Source: Veillonellaceae bacterium
GTDB lineage: Bacteria > Bacillota > Negativicutes > JAAYSF01
DNA: 64,000 nucleotides
Reading direction: 5' to 3'
Assembly (NCBI GenBank): GCA_012523975.1
Contig: JAAYSF010000073.1
Coordinates: 416-64,415 of the forward strand
The position numbers were made by a program, and so were the translations under genes. The number at the start of each line of letters is the position of its first letter. Positions within the stretch are counted from its first letter, which is position 1. Below the pieces are notes generated by a model that did no database searches, was not told the origin of the DNA, and saw only the letters and a list, made by a program, of their open reading frames with translations. This document shows positions 9,057 through 19,805 of the stretch, piece by piece.

Positions 9057-10375
9057 CTGCCAAAAAACCGCTTGGTCTGGTGTTTTTCCCGGCCTTTGAC
9101 TGGGCAATAACGCCAACTCATCCCGAACGTCAGGAAAGACTCTTATATACGCGTGATCAGATTGTGGAAGAGGGTCTTTTAGACATGCCTGAAATCTGCG
9201 AGTATAGACCGCGGCTGGCCACGTATCAAGATATTGAGCGAGTTCATCTCGGAGTGCCTGATATAGCCTCTTTAATTACCGATGCTCACTTAGTGTCGGC
9301 AGGCGGGGCAATTACGGCAGCCGAGGCTGTATTGAAGGGCGAGGTGGCCCGCTCTTTTGCTTTAGTGAGACCTCCCGGTCATCATGCCATGAAGGTTGTA
9401 CACGGCACGCGGGGTTTTTGCACAATAAATATTGAAGCAATTATGGTGGAATACTTACGTAAATACTATGGCATTAAGAAGGTCGCCATTGTTGACACTG
9501 ATGTTCATCATGGGGACGGGACCCAAGATATTTTTTATCATGATCCTGATACGTTATTTATTTCATTTCATCAGGATGGTCGTACATTATATCCTGGAAC
9601 AGGTTTTATGGATGAGATGGGCAGCCCTAACGCCTATTGCTCTAATATTAATATTCCGCTGCCGCCTGGGACAACTGACCAAGGTCTTCATTATGTACTT
9701 GACAATCTAATTGTGCCGATGTTAGCTGATTTCAAACCTGATCTCGTAATTAACTCAGCCGGGCAGGACAACCATTACAGCGATCCTTTAGCCAATATGG
9801 CTATAACTGCCCAAGGTTATGCCCGGTTGGCCGATAAGCTTAAGGCCGATATCGCCGTTTTAGAAGGTGGGTATTCGATTGAAGATGCCTTGCCCTATGT
9901 TAATGTTGGCATTATTTTGGCGATGGCTAATTTGGACTATCGAAAAGTTGTTGAACCGCATATTGAAGATTGCCCGAACCAAAGCGAAAAAACTACTTTG
10001 TATATTAGACAAATAGTCGATAAATGGCGCGGGATTTGGGCAGCCCGTGATTCTCTCAGGCGCGAAGCGATAGCGAAGGCTGGTGACTTCTGGGTCAGCC
10101 GGCGCGGCATATACTATGATGACAGCGGCATTAATGAGGAACGCCGTGAACGAGTGCGGGTGTGCCCGAAATGCTCTGGTTACTTCACTGTCGAGACAGA
10201 GGCCGAAGGATATGGTTTTGGGGCGAAGTCGGCATTTGCGGCTGTTGTTCCGCGGGATTCCTGCCCGCGTTGCAGAAAACAAGCCAAAGATGAAACGATT
10301 AAGGCAAGAAACCAGGGCCGCTATGGCCATTATTTTATCCAAGATAAGCAACAGGACGTTTTTGAGAAGTTATAG
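9053..10375 (+). CDS. Histone deacetylase/acetoin-utilization (AcuC/HDAC) family protein with C-terminal zinc-ribbon extension
   Basis: HHGDGTQDIFYHDPDTLFISFHQ catalytic-core motif. The C-terminal ~90 aa carry CPKCSG...CPRCRK. Confidence 0.7.
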   Translation: MTAKKPLGLVFFPAFDWAITPTHPERQERLLYTRDQIVEEGLLDMPEICEYRPRLATYQDIERVHLGVPDIASLITDAHLVSAGGAITAAEAVLKGEVARSFALVRPPGHHAMKVVHGTRGFCTINIEAIMVEYLRKYYGIKKVAIVDTDVHHGDGTQDIFYHDPDTLFISFHQDGRTLYPGTGFMDEMGSPNAYCSNINIPLPPGTTDQGLHYVLDNLIVPMLADFKPDLVINSAGQDNHYSDPLANMAITAQGYARLADKLKADIAVLEGGYSIEDALPYVNVGIILAMANLDYRKVVEPHIEDCPNQSEKTTLYIRQIVDKWRGIWAARDSLRREAIAKAGDFWVSRRGIYYDDSGINEERRERVRVCPKCSGYFTVETEAEGYGFGAKSAFAAVVPRDSCPRCRKQAKDETIKARNQGRYGHYFIQDKQQDVFEKL

Positions 10376-10404
10376 CGATAAGAAACAATACTTAGGAGGT
10401 AACC

Positions 10405-11148
10405 ATGACAAGAGTCGATGGACGCGATAAAGATGAACTGCGGAAAGTGAAAATAACACGCGATTATTTAAAATACGCTGAGGGGTCAGTTTTAATAGAA
10501 GTCGGCAATACAAAGGTTATTTGTGCGGCAACAATTGAAGACAAGGTACCGCATTTTTTGAAGGGTACTGGCGAAGGATGGATTACAGCTGAGTATTCAC
10601 TTCTGCCGCGGTCGACTCAGACGCGTAACGCCCGAGAGTCGGCGAAAGGCAAATTAACCGGCCGCACGCATGAAATTCAGCGGCTGATTGGCCGAGCGCT
10701 GCGCAGTGTTGTTGATTTGAAGGCGTTGGGGGAAAAGACTATCTGGATTGACTGTGATGTTGTTCAGGCTGATGGCGGGACAAGAACAGCTTCTATTACC
10801 GGAGCTTTTGTTGCCTTGGTTGATGCTGTCGATAAAATTTATTCAGATTCGGCCAAACCGTTCCCAGTTAAAGATTTTCTTGCGGCAATTAGTGTAGGAA
10901 TTGTCGGCGAAGATGCTGTGCTTGATTTATGCTATGAAGAAGACTCTAATGCTGTTGTAGATATGAATGTTGTCATGACGGGGTTTGGGCAATTTGTTGA
11001 GGTCCAAGGTACTGGTGAAAAGCACCCGTTTACCAGGAAGCAGTTTAATGACATGCTGGAGATTGGTGAAGCCGGTGTGAATAGACTGATTGACTATCAG
11101 AAAGATATTTTAGGACCGCTATCATGGAAGGTGGGGCGTGAAGGGTGA
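10405..11148 (+). CDS. rph: Ribonuclease PH
   Basis: Full-length match to RNase PH ([10 protein letters not shown]...[10 protein letters not shown]...). Confidence 0.9.
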   Translation: MTRVDGRDKDELRKVKITRDYLKYAEGSVLIEVGNTKVICAATIEDKVPHFLKGTGEGWITAEYSLLPRSTQTRNARESAKGKLTGRTHEIQRLIGRALRSVVDLKALGEKTIWIDCDVVQADGGTRTASITGAFVALVDAVDKIYSDSAKPFPVKDFLAAISVGIVGEDAVLDLCYEEDSNAVVDMNVVMTGFGQFVEVQGTGEKHPFTRKQFNDMLEIGEAGVNRLIDYQKDILGPLSWKVGREG

Positions 11149-11741
11149 TTGAGATAGTTATCGCCACTAAAAATGCCGGTAAGGTTGCTGAGTTTGCCGC
11201 TGCGTTGGCTGAATTGCCGGTGAAAGTTTTGTCGTTAACTGATTTTGGTGAAATTCCGGAAGCTGTTGAAGACGGTAGCACCTTTGCTGAGAACGCCGAA
11301 AAAAAAGCGCGTCATTACGCTCACCATACCGGCAAAGCATGCTTGGCTGATGACTCTGGGCTTGAGGTTGACGCTTTAGGAGGAGCGCCCGGCGTATATT
11401 CGGCGCGCTATGCTGGCGAGCATGCTACCGATTCGCTGAACAATATAAAGCTGCTCGATGAACTTATGAAAACAGGGAGTGATAATCGTTCCGGTCGATT
11501 TCGCTGCGCGTTGGCGTTTGCTGCCGACGATGGCAAAATCATTACTGCTGACGGAATATGTGAAGGTATTATTTTAGACAAGCCGCGCGGAAACGGCGGT
11601 TTTGGCTACGATCCGCTGTTTTATGTCCCACAATTCGGCAAAACATTTGCAGAACTTACTGTTGCTGAAAAAAACGTTATAAGTCATCGGGGTCTCGCCA
11701 TAAAAAATATGGCGGCCAAGCTGGTAGGATTTTTTAGATGA
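11145..11741 (+). CDS. rdgB: Non-canonical purine NTP pyrophosphatase (RdgB/HAM1 family)
   Basis: [13 protein letters not shown]...FGYDPLF motifs. Conserved rph-rdgB adjacency. Confidence 0.85.
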   Translation: MIEIVIATKNAGKVAEFAAALAELPVKVLSLTDFGEIPEAVEDGSTFAENAEKKARHYAHHTGKACLADDSGLEVDALGGAPGVYSARYAGEHATDSLNNIKLLDELMKTGSDNRSGRFRCALAFAADDGKIITADGICEGIILDKPRGNGGFGYDPLFYVPQFGKTFAELTVAEKNVISHRGLAIKNMAAKLVGFFR

Positions 11742-12214
11742 AGATCGGTGTTATTAGCGATACACATGGCAACATGACGGCGATAAAAAAGGCAGCTGAA
11801 GCGGCGGGGGCAGTTGACCTTTGGTTGCACTGCGGCGACTATAGCTGGGATAGCGATTACCTCAAGAGATTAACCGGTGTGCAGGTGATTGCAGCCAAGG
11901 GAAACTGTGATGGCGGTGCACCGACCAAGCTTGACGAATTTTTAAACCTCGAAGGACTGTCGATATGGCTGACACATGGACATCGCTACCATGTTAATCA
12001 AGGATTAGCGGAACTTCGATTTTGGGCAAGACAGTATGAGGCAGCTATCGTTGTTTTTGGTCACACTCACATTCCGGAATTAATAAAAGATGCTGAATCT
12101 TTACTGTTTAACCCCGGTAGCGCATCGCTGCCGTCTAATAATCAAAAGCCTACCTTTGGAATTATAACTATTGATGGAGATAATATTTCCGCCTGCCAAA
12201 TCGAATTACTATAG
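11738..12214 (+). CDS. Metallophosphoesterase (YfcE/MJ0936 family)
   Basis: GDTHG...GD...GN.D...GH.H metallophosphatase motifs. Confidence 0.75.
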   Translation: MKIGVISDTHGNMTAIKKAAEAAGAVDLWLHCGDYSWDSDYLKRLTGVQVIAAKGNCDGGAPTKLDEFLNLEGLSIWLTHGHRYHVNQGLAELRFWARQYEAAIVVFGHTHIPELIKDAESLLFNPGSASLPSNNQKPTFGIITIDGDNISACQIELL

Positions 12215-12307
12215 AAATAAGCGTCATAAAAGGCGCTTTTTTTTATGTAATGCATATATTGTATTGATGGCTGCAGCCGCAATATAAAGTATGAGGGGAG
12301 TCTGGAG

Positions 12308-12745
12308 ATGGAAGGTGAACGTCAAATACTAAAAGGGGCCGGAGTTTGTATTAGGTTCCTTGCTTTATTGATTGATGCCTTGGTTTTTTTGCCTATTTCT
12401 TATATTATTGCCGTTGTTTTTGGCACGTATGGATCTAGCGGTTTTGAGTTGGAAGGTCCGGGATTATTGTTAAGCACTTTGTTGGGCTTAGCTTACTATG
12501 TGTTGTTTGAAGGGAAAAAAGGTGCGACTCTAGGCAAGATGGCAGTCGGGTTAAAGGTGGTCAAGTTGGATGGAAGTCCTTGCGATGTCCGGGCAGCTGT
12601 GCTGAGAACAGTGCTCCGGGTTATTGACGCCTTGCCGGCCGCCTATATAATTGGTGTAATTTCAGTATGGGTAACTGAACTAAATCAACGGATTGGTGAT
12701 AAAGTCGCCGGAACAATTGTAGTCCGCGTTAAAAATCTTAAATAA
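12308..12745 (+). CDS. RDD family membrane protein
   Basis: Small hydrophobic protein with an RDD-like pattern. A terminator hairpin follows at 12759-12793. Confidence 0.5.
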   Translation: MEGERQILKGAGVCIRFLALLIDALVFLPISYIIAVVFGTYGSSGFELEGPGLLLSTLLGLAYYVLFEGKKGATLGKMAVGLKVVKLDGSPCDVRAAVLRTVLRVIDALPAAYIIGVISVWVTELNQRIGDKVAGTIVVRVKNLK

Positions 12746-12758
12746 TTCAGCATTGATA

Positions 12759-12793
12759 AAAGACTTAGGCGTAAAGTTCGCGCCTAAGTCTTT
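12759..12793 (+). terminator. Intrinsic terminator (agacttaggcg..cgcctaagtct + TTTTATT)
   Basis: 11-bp perfect stem followed by a T-rich tract. Confidence 0.6.
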
Positions 12794-12914
12794 TATTGGG
12801 TTTAAATGGTTAGGTAAATTTCCCCAAAAGCATTGTCTTTTGAATACGCATATGGGATAATATATTCATAAAAAGTAATTGGACTAATGGATTAATCCAA
12901 TATGCGAGGTAAAT

Positions 12915-13874
12915 ATGATTCTACAACGTTTTGGGATGCCCATATATCTTCAGGTGAAAAACTACATTCTGGAAAAGATAAAGGCGGGTGATTATAAACC
13001 TGGTTCCAAACTGCCTACCGAGCGGGATTTATCCGCTGAACTTGGTATAAGCCGGAATACAGTCAGTGCCGCCTATAAAGAGCTTTTAATGGAAGGCGTG
13101 CTTGAGGCTCGACAAGGCCGAGGGACGTTTGTTAAAGCTGTTGCAGACGATGATTTTCAAATAGACGCCGCCGGTAGTAAGCGGGAGCGACTACTCAGGC
13201 TAATTGACAATGCAATGGCGAAAGCGCAGGAATTGGGTTTTTCATTTGAACAGTTTGCTGCTATTGTCAGAATACGGGCTCAGGAAAAAGCTGTTGCAGT
13301 TCGCAGTATGCGCATAGCAGTTGTAGCTTGTGCCCCTGAACATGTGCATCACTATGTAAGTCAGATTGGTCAAACGGTCAATGTTAGTTTTGAAGAAATT
13401 AGTCTTCTGGAGTTGAGAACGGGAAAAGTTCCGGCAGAACTTCTGGTGGCATGCGATCTTGTTGTTACAGCAGTTGAACACAAATCTGAAGTAGCCGATT
13501 TAATGGGAGGAGATAAAACCAAGCTAATTACTGTAGCTGCCGTTCCGAACTTAGAAGCTGTTATTAAATTAGCGAGACTGGTAGTAGGAACAACAGTTGG
13601 AGTGGTTGCTGTCAGCAGTCATTATTTTGAATTATTTGAATCATTGCTGAGCAAGAATATGATTAGCGGGCTTAACCTTCAAGTTTGTTACTCCGATGAT
13701 CCCGAACAGCTACGGAAATTTATTGCGCAGCAAAGCGTTATAGTGGTGGCCGATGAACGCCAGAATGCTGTTCGACGATATGCGCAAGAAGGTCAGGATA
13801 TAATACCCTTCTATTATGAGATTGATCAGGGGTCTTTAAATCAGCTGCTGGCCAGATTGATTACGCCAGTATAA
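12915..13874 (+). CDS. GntR-family transcriptional regulator (N-terminal wHTH, unassigned C-terminal domain)
   Basis: DLSAELGISRNTVSAAYKEL wHTH signature. Sits directly upstream of the glutamate mutase operon. Confidence 0.75.
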   Translation: MILQRFGMPIYLQVKNYILEKIKAGDYKPGSKLPTERDLSAELGISRNTVSAAYKELLMEGVLEARQGRGTFVKAVADDDFQIDAAGSKRERLLRLIDNAMAKAQELGFSFEQFAAIVRIRAQEKAVAVRSMRIAVVACAPEHVHHYVSQIGQTVNVSFEEISLLELRTGKVPAELLVACDLVVTAVEHKSEVADLMGGDKTKLITVAAVPNLEAVIKLARLVVGTTVGVVAVSSHYFELFESLLSKNMISGLNLQVCYSDDPEQLRKFIAQQSVIVVADERQNAVRRYAQEGQDIIPFYYEIDQGSLNQLLARLITPV

Positions 13875-13961
13875 AGGGTAACCATAATACAAATGAATAT
13901 CATCAGTGTGGAATAAGCAGTGTGAACTGCCAATTTTTAAAATGCAAAGGGGTTTTAATAC

Positions 13962-14393
13962 ATGGAGAACAAGGTAAAAGTAGTTTTGGGTGTTATCGGT
14001 GCAGATTGTCACGCTGTAGGTAACAAAATTCTCAATCACGCTATTACCGCAGCGGGGTTTGAAGTGGTTAATCTGGGAGTTTTAGTGCCGCAGGAAGACT
14101 TTGTGAACGCTGCAATTGAAACTGATGCTAAAGCTATATTAGTAGCTTCGCTTTATGGACATGGTGAAATAGATTGCCGGGGACTTAGAGATCGCTGCCG
14201 TGAGGCTGGAATTGGCAATATTCTTCTCTATGTCGGCGGTAATCTTGTAGTTGGTAAAACTGATTTCGCCGAGGTTGAGAAAAAATTCACCGAAATGGGT
14301 TACGATAAGGTTTATGCGCCAGGTACACTGCCTGATCAAGTAACGGAAGATTTAAGAAGCGATCTTAAAAAGCGGGGGCTTTTAAGTGAATAA
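13962..14393 (+). CDS. glmS: Glutamate mutase (methylaspartate mutase) S subunit, B12-binding
   Basis: DxHxxG B12-binding motif ([10 protein letters not shown]). About 140 aa, as in C. tetanomorphum/cochlearium MutS. Confidence 0.9.
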   Translation: MENKVKVVLGVIGADCHAVGNKILNHAITAAGFEVVNLGVLVPQEDFVNAAIETDAKAILVASLYGHGEIDCRGLRDRCREAGIGNILLYVGGNLVVGKTDFAEVEKKFTEMGYDKVYAPGTLPDQVTEDLRSDLKKRGLLSE

Positions 14394-15771
14394 TGTATTG
14401 CTCATTGATTTTGGCAGTACTTATACCAAAATCACGGCAGTAGATGTTGAGCGCGAGGCTATTTTGGGTACGGCCCGCGGGATAACAACAGTCGAAACTG
14501 ATATCATGGATGGCTTGAATCAGGCTCTTGAGGATTTATTCCAAAAAACCGGAAAGCTTGAATTCGTCAAAGTGCTAGGCTGTTCGAGTGCGGCCGGAGG
14601 ACTTAAAATGGTGGCCGTTGGTCTGGTGCCGGAACTCACGGCGGAAGCTGCAAAACGTGCAGCGCTAGGAGCAGGAGCAAAGATTCTCGGGGTATTTGGC
14701 AATGAGTTAAGTGAATATGAGATTGAAGAAATCGCGGCAATGAAACCTGATATTATCTTGCTGGCAGGTGGCACAGATGGCGGCAATAAAGAAGTCATTC
14801 TCCATAATGCCAATATGCTAAAAAACTTAGGCCAAGATGTGCCGATGGTAGTTGCCGGCAATAAATCGGTTACGCCGACGATAGTAAAGATTCTTTCTGA
14901 GACGATGACCGAAGTTCGTCATACTGAAAATGTCATGCCTAAGCTTAATGAATTAAATATCCAGCCGGCCCGGGAAACCATCCGCGAGATATTTTTGAAA
15001 CGAATTATCGCAGCCAAAGGGCTCAACCGAGCCAACAAGTTTGTCGATAAAATGGTCATGCCGACCCCGGCAGCCGTTCTTACGGCAGCTGAATTGCTGT
15101 CAATAGGCGGTCCGAATGAAACTGGGCTAGGCGATCTTATGGTAGTTGATATTGGTGGTGCAACAACGGATATATACTCGATAGCCAAGGGTGATCCGAC
15201 CAAAGCAAATGTTGCCCTGCGTGGTTTGCCTGAACCGTTTGCTAAGCGGACGGTAGAAGGTGACCTCGGGATGCGCTACAGTGCCGGAGCGCTGCTCAAG
15301 GCGGCCGGAGCTAATATAATTGCCGGCTATGCCGGGATACCGGAAGAAGAAGTTGTCCGATATGTCGATAAAGTAGCTCAAGAAATTGAGTACCTGCCGA
15401 AAGGCGAAAAGGAAGAAAAAACGGAAATTGCTATGGGGCGGGCCTGTACCAGTGTTAGCGCCGATCGTCACGCTGGTCACTTGGAGACAGTTTATACATT
15501 ATACGGCCCGGCGTTTGTTCAAGTTGGCAAAGATTTAACAGCCGTAAAGACAGTAGTCGGCACGGGTGGCGTAATTATCAATAATCCTCAACCTGAGGAG
15601 ATTCTCAGCGGTATAATGTTCGATCACTCTGTTCCGCATATTTTGAAACCGCAGGAACCTGAATATCTGATCGACAGCGATTATATCTTAGCGTCAATGG
15701 GTCTTTTAGGTGGAGAATATCCGGATTTAGCTGTTCGACTAATGAAAAAATATATTGTGCGGAGGGAATAA
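14386..15771 (+). CDS. glmL: Glutamate mutase accessory protein L (MutL/GlmL)
   Basis: Position between glmS and glmE. About 461 aa, ASKHA-like, [11 protein letters not shown]-terminus. Confidence 0.8.
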   Translation: MNNVLLIDFGSTYTKITAVDVEREAILGTARGITTVETDIMDGLNQALEDLFQKTGKLEFVKVLGCSSAAGGLKMVAVGLVPELTAEAAKRAALGAGAKILGVFGNELSEYEIEEIAAMKPDIILLAGGTDGGNKEVILHNANMLKNLGQDVPMVVAGNKSVTPTIVKILSETMTEVRHTENVMPKLNELNIQPARETIREIFLKRIIAAKGLNRANKFVDKMVMPTPAAVLTAAELLSIGGPNETGLGDLMVVDIGGATTDIYSIAKGDPTKANVALRGLPEPFAKRTVEGDLGMRYSAGALLKAAGANIIAGYAGIPEEEVVRYVDKVAQEIEYLPKGEKEEKTEIAMGRACTSVSADRHAGHLETVYTLYGPAFVQVGKDLTAVKTVVGTGGVIINNPQPEEILSGIMFDHSVPHILKPQEPEYLIDSDYILASMGLLGGEYPDLAVRLMKKYIVRRE

Positions 15772-15773
15772 CA

Positions 15774-17225
15774 GTGGAATTAAAAAATAAAAAGTGGACG
15801 CATGCTGAATTTAATGCTGTGCGTGAAGAAGTACTTAAACAATGGCCTACCGGCGACGAAGTCAATTTTGAGGAAGCGGTAAAATATCATGAAACTATCC
15901 CGGCCAAGCGGCAGTTTGCAAAACGCTTAATAAAAGCTAAGAAAAATGGCGAAACGCTCACCCAGCCTAGAGCCGGTGTAGCTTTGATCAATGAACATAT
16001 CAATTTATTGAATTTCCTTCGCACTGAAGGTGAGGCTGATCTTTTGCCGACAACTATCGACAGTTACACCCGGCAAAATCAGTATAAAGAAGCCGAGAAC
16101 GGCATTGAAGAAAGTAAAAGGGCAGGGCGTTCGCTGCTAAACGGTTTTCCGGCCGTTAACCATGGGGTAAAAGGTGTCCGTCAAGTTGTAGAAAGTGTTG
16201 ATGCTCCGCTGCAAGTTCGTCATGGCACCCCTGATGCCCGTTTACTTACCGAAATAACGCTGGCCGGCGGTTACACCTCATATGAGGGCGGCGGAATTTC
16301 GTATAACATTCCGTATGCAAAGAGTGTATCACTGGAAAAAACAATTCTTGACTGGCAATATGCTGACCGTCTTGTCGGTTTGTATGCTGAGCATGGTATT
16401 GAGATCAACCGTGAACCGTTCGGGCCACTGACCGGCACTCTTGTTCCGCCCAGTATTTCCCATGCTATTGCTATTATCGAAGGGATGCTTGCGGCTGAAC
16501 AAGGTGTCAAAAATATAACTCTTGGTTACGGTCAATGCGGTAATTTAATTCAGGATGTTGCGGCTATCAAGTCGCTTGAGCAGCTGGCCGAAGAGTATTT
16601 TGCAAAGCATGGTTATAACGACTGTATTCTAACTACGGTCTTCCATCAGTGGATGGGCGGATTCCCGCAAGACGAGGCTAAAGCCTTTGCGGTAATTTCA
16701 TGGGGAGCGGCAGCGGCAGCTCTGTCCAAAGCAACTAAAGTAATTGTCAAAACTCCGCATGAAGCACTGGGGATTCCGACGAAAGAAGCTAATGCCCAGG
16801 GTCTCAGAGCTACCAAGCAAGCAATTAACATGCTGTTGGATCAGCCCTTCCCGATTACTAAGGAAGTTGAGCAGGAAATTGAAATTATTAAAGCAGAAAC
16901 GCGTTGTATTTTGGATAAAGTATTTGAACTAGGTAAGAACGACTATGCCATTGGAACTGTTAGAGCATTTCAGGCGGGCGTTCTTGATGTACCGTTTGCG
17001 CCAAGCAACTATACCCTCAACAAGATTTTACCGGCACGGGACAATACCGGCGCAGTAAGACTGTTTGATACCGGCAATCTGCCGTTCACCCAAGACCTTG
17101 TTGATTTTCATAAAATAAAAATGGATGAGCGCGCGAAAGCCGAAGGCCGCATCGCCAGTTTCCAAATGGTAATTGATGATATATATGCTATTTCAAAAGG
17201 CCGCCTTGTTGGCAGACCTAGATAA
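15774..17225 (+). CDS. glmE: Glutamate mutase (methylaspartate mutase) E subunit
   Basis: 483 aa TIM-barrel E subunit. Operon context glmS-L-E-mal. Confidence 0.85.
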   Translation: MELKNKKWTHAEFNAVREEVLKQWPTGDEVNFEEAVKYHETIPAKRQFAKRLIKAKKNGETLTQPRAGVALINEHINLLNFLRTEGEADLLPTTIDSYTRQNQYKEAENGIEESKRAGRSLLNGFPAVNHGVKGVRQVVESVDAPLQVRHGTPDARLLTEITLAGGYTSYEGGGISYNIPYAKSVSLEKTILDWQYADRLVGLYAEHGIEINREPFGPLTGTLVPPSISHAIAIIEGMLAAEQGVKNITLGYGQCGNLIQDVAAIKSLEQLAEEYFAKHGYNDCILTTVFHQWMGGFPQDEAKAFAVISWGAAAAALSKATKVIVKTPHEALGIPTKEANAQGLRATKQAINMLLDQPFPITKEVEQEIEIIKAETRCILDKVFELGKNDYAIGTVRAFQAGVLDVPFAPSNYTLNKILPARDNTGAVRLFDTGNLPFTQDLVDFHKIKMDERAKAEGRIASFQMVIDDIYAISKGRLVGRPR

Positions 17226-17244
17226 TTAAGAGGAGATGTTCTTA

Positions 17245-18489
17245 ATGAAAATAAAAGACATTGTGTGTTCAAGAGGGCTAACAGGGTTTTATTTTGATGA
17301 CCAGCGGGCCATTAAAGCAGGTGCTGAGCATGATGGCTTCACATACATTGGCAATCCGGTCACTCCTAGCTTTCAGAAGGTGCGTCAAGCCGGCGAGTGT
17401 GTATCGGTGATGATTGTGCTTGAGGACGGACAGGTAGCTTATGGTGATTGCGCAGCTGTGCAATATAGCGGTGCCGGCGGGCGTGACCCATTGTTCTTGG
17501 CTGATGATTTTATTCCGGTTATCCAGCAAGAAATAAAGCCGCGGTTAGTTGGTCGTGAGCTCTCATCATTTAAAGCGCTGGCCGAAGAAATAGACAATAT
17601 GGTTGATTCGAAAACCGGCAAGCGCATTCATACTGCTCTGCGTTATGGTGTAACCCAGGCTATTCTTGATGCGGTAGCTAGAGCAAAACATAAATTGATG
17701 TGCGAAGTAATCGCTGAAGAATATAATACTCAAGTTAGTGACAAAGAGATTCCAGTCTTTACTCAATCAGGCGACGATCGTTATGATAACGCTGACAAGA
17801 TGATTATCAAAAAGGCTCAGGTACTGCCACATGCACTTATTAACCATGTAAAATCCAAGCTCGGCGATGACGGCAGCTTGCTGTTGGAATACGTTGAATG
17901 GTTAAAAAACCGCGTTTTGAAGCTTCGTACCGATGAAGACTACAACCCGGTGCTGCATATCGATGTCTATGGCACTATCGGCTTGGCATTTGACAATGAT
18001 ATTGCCAAAATTGTAGCCTATTTTGCAAAGTTAGAAAAAGCTGCTGCGCCTTTAAAGTTACGGATTGAAGGCCCTGTCGACGTTGAGGACCGCGACAAAC
18101 AAATTGCTATTTTGGCCGAGATTACCGAGCGTGTACATCAGGCTAATATTAAAGTTGAAATTGTCGCTGACGAATGGTGCAATACTTTTGAAGACATCAA
18201 ACTGTTTGCCGATAACCATGCGGGTGATATGCTGCAAATCAAAACGCCGGACCTTGGCGGTATAAACAATATTATTGAAGCCAATCTATATTGCAAACAA
18301 AAAGGTATTGGAGCCTACCAAGGCGGCACTTGCAATGAGACTGATCGTTCAGCACAAGTATGTGTACACATTGCAATGGCTACCCAGCCTGACCAAATGC
18401 TTGCCAAACCGGGCATGGGGGTAGACGAAGGATTAATGATTGTCTACAACGAAATGAACCGTATTCTGGCACTGCGTAAAGCTTATTAG
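17245..18489 (+). CDS. mal: 3-methylaspartate ammonia-lyase (beta-methylaspartase)
   Basis: MKIKDIVCSRGLTGFYFDDQ N-terminus. 413 aa enolase-superfamily enzyme. Confidence 0.9.
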   Translation: MKIKDIVCSRGLTGFYFDDQRAIKAGAEHDGFTYIGNPVTPSFQKVRQAGECVSVMIVLEDGQVAYGDCAAVQYSGAGGRDPLFLADDFIPVIQQEIKPRLVGRELSSFKALAEEIDNMVDSKTGKRIHTALRYGVTQAILDAVARAKHKLMCEVIAEEYNTQVSDKEIPVFTQSGDDRYDNADKMIIKKAQVLPHALINHVKSKLGDDGSLLLEYVEWLKNRVLKLRTDEDYNPVLHIDVYGTIGLAFDNDIAKIVAYFAKLEKAAAPLKLRIEGPVDVEDRDKQIAILAEITERVHQANIKVEIVADEWCNTFEDIKLFADNHAGDMLQIKTPDLGGINNIIEANLYCKQKGIGAYQGGTCNETDRSAQVCVHIAMATQPDQMLAKPGMGVDEGLMIVYNEMNRILALRKAY

Positions 18490-18529
18490 TTTTACAAGGC
18501 CGCAGCGGTGCAGATAATGGAGGTATAGT

Positions 18530-19462
18530 ATGAAACCAACAATTATTGAACAACTTATGTACGCCAGTTACTTTGCACCGCGGGGCCGTAATCGGATGTA
18601 TGTTCTTGGGCAGCAAATCAGTGAACGCTATTTATCACCGCTTGACAGACTGATAGGTGTCATTGGCGATGCGGGCGCAGGCAAATCATCGCTTATCAAA
18701 GGCATGTTTCCCGGCCTGGAACTAACTAATGATGATGACGGAGTAAATGTCAGACCGCTGCCGTTGCTTAAGAATGTTGATAAAGGTTTTTTTTCCAGCC
18801 ATTCGTATCATGTAGATATGAGATTTGAAATGGCTTTTACGCAACTGCATGTCTTGGCCGAGGCAGTAAAGCTGGCGCTCAAGAATAACAAGCGGGTCAT
18901 TGTTGAACACTTTGACCTGCTTTATCCTGCTTTAGGAATAAACGCCGAAGTTTTGATTGGGGTTGGCGGCGAAGTTATTGTTTCTCGTCCGACAGTCTTC
19001 GGACCTTTTCCGCAAGAAATCAAGGATGTTGTTGTAAAAACATTAAGGTACCGTAAAATGGCACATACTGCTGAGGACCTTACAAGTATGGTATTGACGA
19101 AAGACTATGGTGCCGGCCTACAATTTGGACATCGCGACGTTCATCACGGGTTTGTACTTGAGTATCCGGCTCTGATTGAGGCTGACCTTAACGAAGTTGA
19201 GAAGAAGGTAAACAAGATAATTGATGAGGGTATTAATGTATCATATTATGATGAGGGCCACATCAGAATTGGCGAGGATGTGTGGGATTGCTCAGGTCCT
19301 CGTACACATGTTAGAAACACTGAGAACATTGAGAACTTTCGTCTGTTCAAAGAATACAAGTTTGATCCAAAGGCCAATACGTTTCTTATTATCGGCCAAG
19401 TTGGACCGCTATCTGAAAATCTTGACGGGTTTGCCGGCGTAAGTTACGCTGTTTCGATATAA
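18530..19462 (+). CDS. P-loop NTPase-like protein of unknown function (uridine-kinase/PRK-like Walker A)
   Basis: GVIGDAGAGKSSL Walker A motif. Embedded between mal and the citramalate lyase genes. No confident family. Confidence 0.4.
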   Translation: MKPTIIEQLMYASYFAPRGRNRMYVLGQQISERYLSPLDRLIGVIGDAGAGKSSLIKGMFPGLELTNDDDGVNVRPLPLLKNVDKGFFSSHSYHVDMRFEMAFTQLHVLAEAVKLALKNNKRVIVEHFDLLYPALGINAEVLIGVGGEVIVSRPTVFGPFPQEIKDVVVKTLRYRKMAHTAEDLTSMVLTKDYGAGLQFGHRDVHHGFVLEYPALIEADLNEVEKKVNKIIDEGINVSYYDEGHIRIGEDVWDCSGPRTHVRNTENIENFRLFKEYKFDPKANTFLIIGQVGPLSENLDGFAGVSYAVSI

Positions 19463-19511
19463 TTTCCACAAATTGGAGTCAGCAGGACTGGCTCAAAGGG
19501 AGGCTTTAGGT

Positions 19512-19805
19512 TTGGGAATAATTTTAACGACTGCCCAGGCGGGCACCCTCGAATCAAGTGATATATTAGTTACTGTTTCCCCGCTTGCCGAAGGCTCCGG
19601 GACTGTTATTGAAATTGAAAGTATCGTGATGGCTCAATATGGCAGAGCTATTCGCCAAACCCTTGCTGGGGTTTTAGCTGAGCAGGGTATAGAAGACGTC
19701 TATCTGAAAGCAGTCGACAGAGGAGCTTTGGATTGTACCATTAAGGCACGTACTTTGGCAGCGCTTGGCAGGGCGGGCGCAGTGCTGAAGGGGGAGGTAC
19801 TGTAA
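19512..19805 (+). CDS. citD: Citrate/citramalate lyase acyl-carrier (gamma) subunit
   Basis: AGTLESSD prosthetic-group serine motif. Probable TTG start after an AAAGGGAGG RBS (the longer ORF opens at 19473). Confidence 0.8.
   Translation: MGIILTTAQAGTLESSDILVTVSPLAEGSGTVIEIESIVMAQYGRAIRQTLAGVLAEQGIEDVYLKAVDRGALDCTIKARTLAALGRAGAVLKGEVL

Noticed and set aside
9432-9710. 92-aa + strand ORF inside the HDAC-like gene
   Set aside because: It is an alternative frame within a conserved HDAC catalytic core. The product is a hydrophobic low-complexity artefact.
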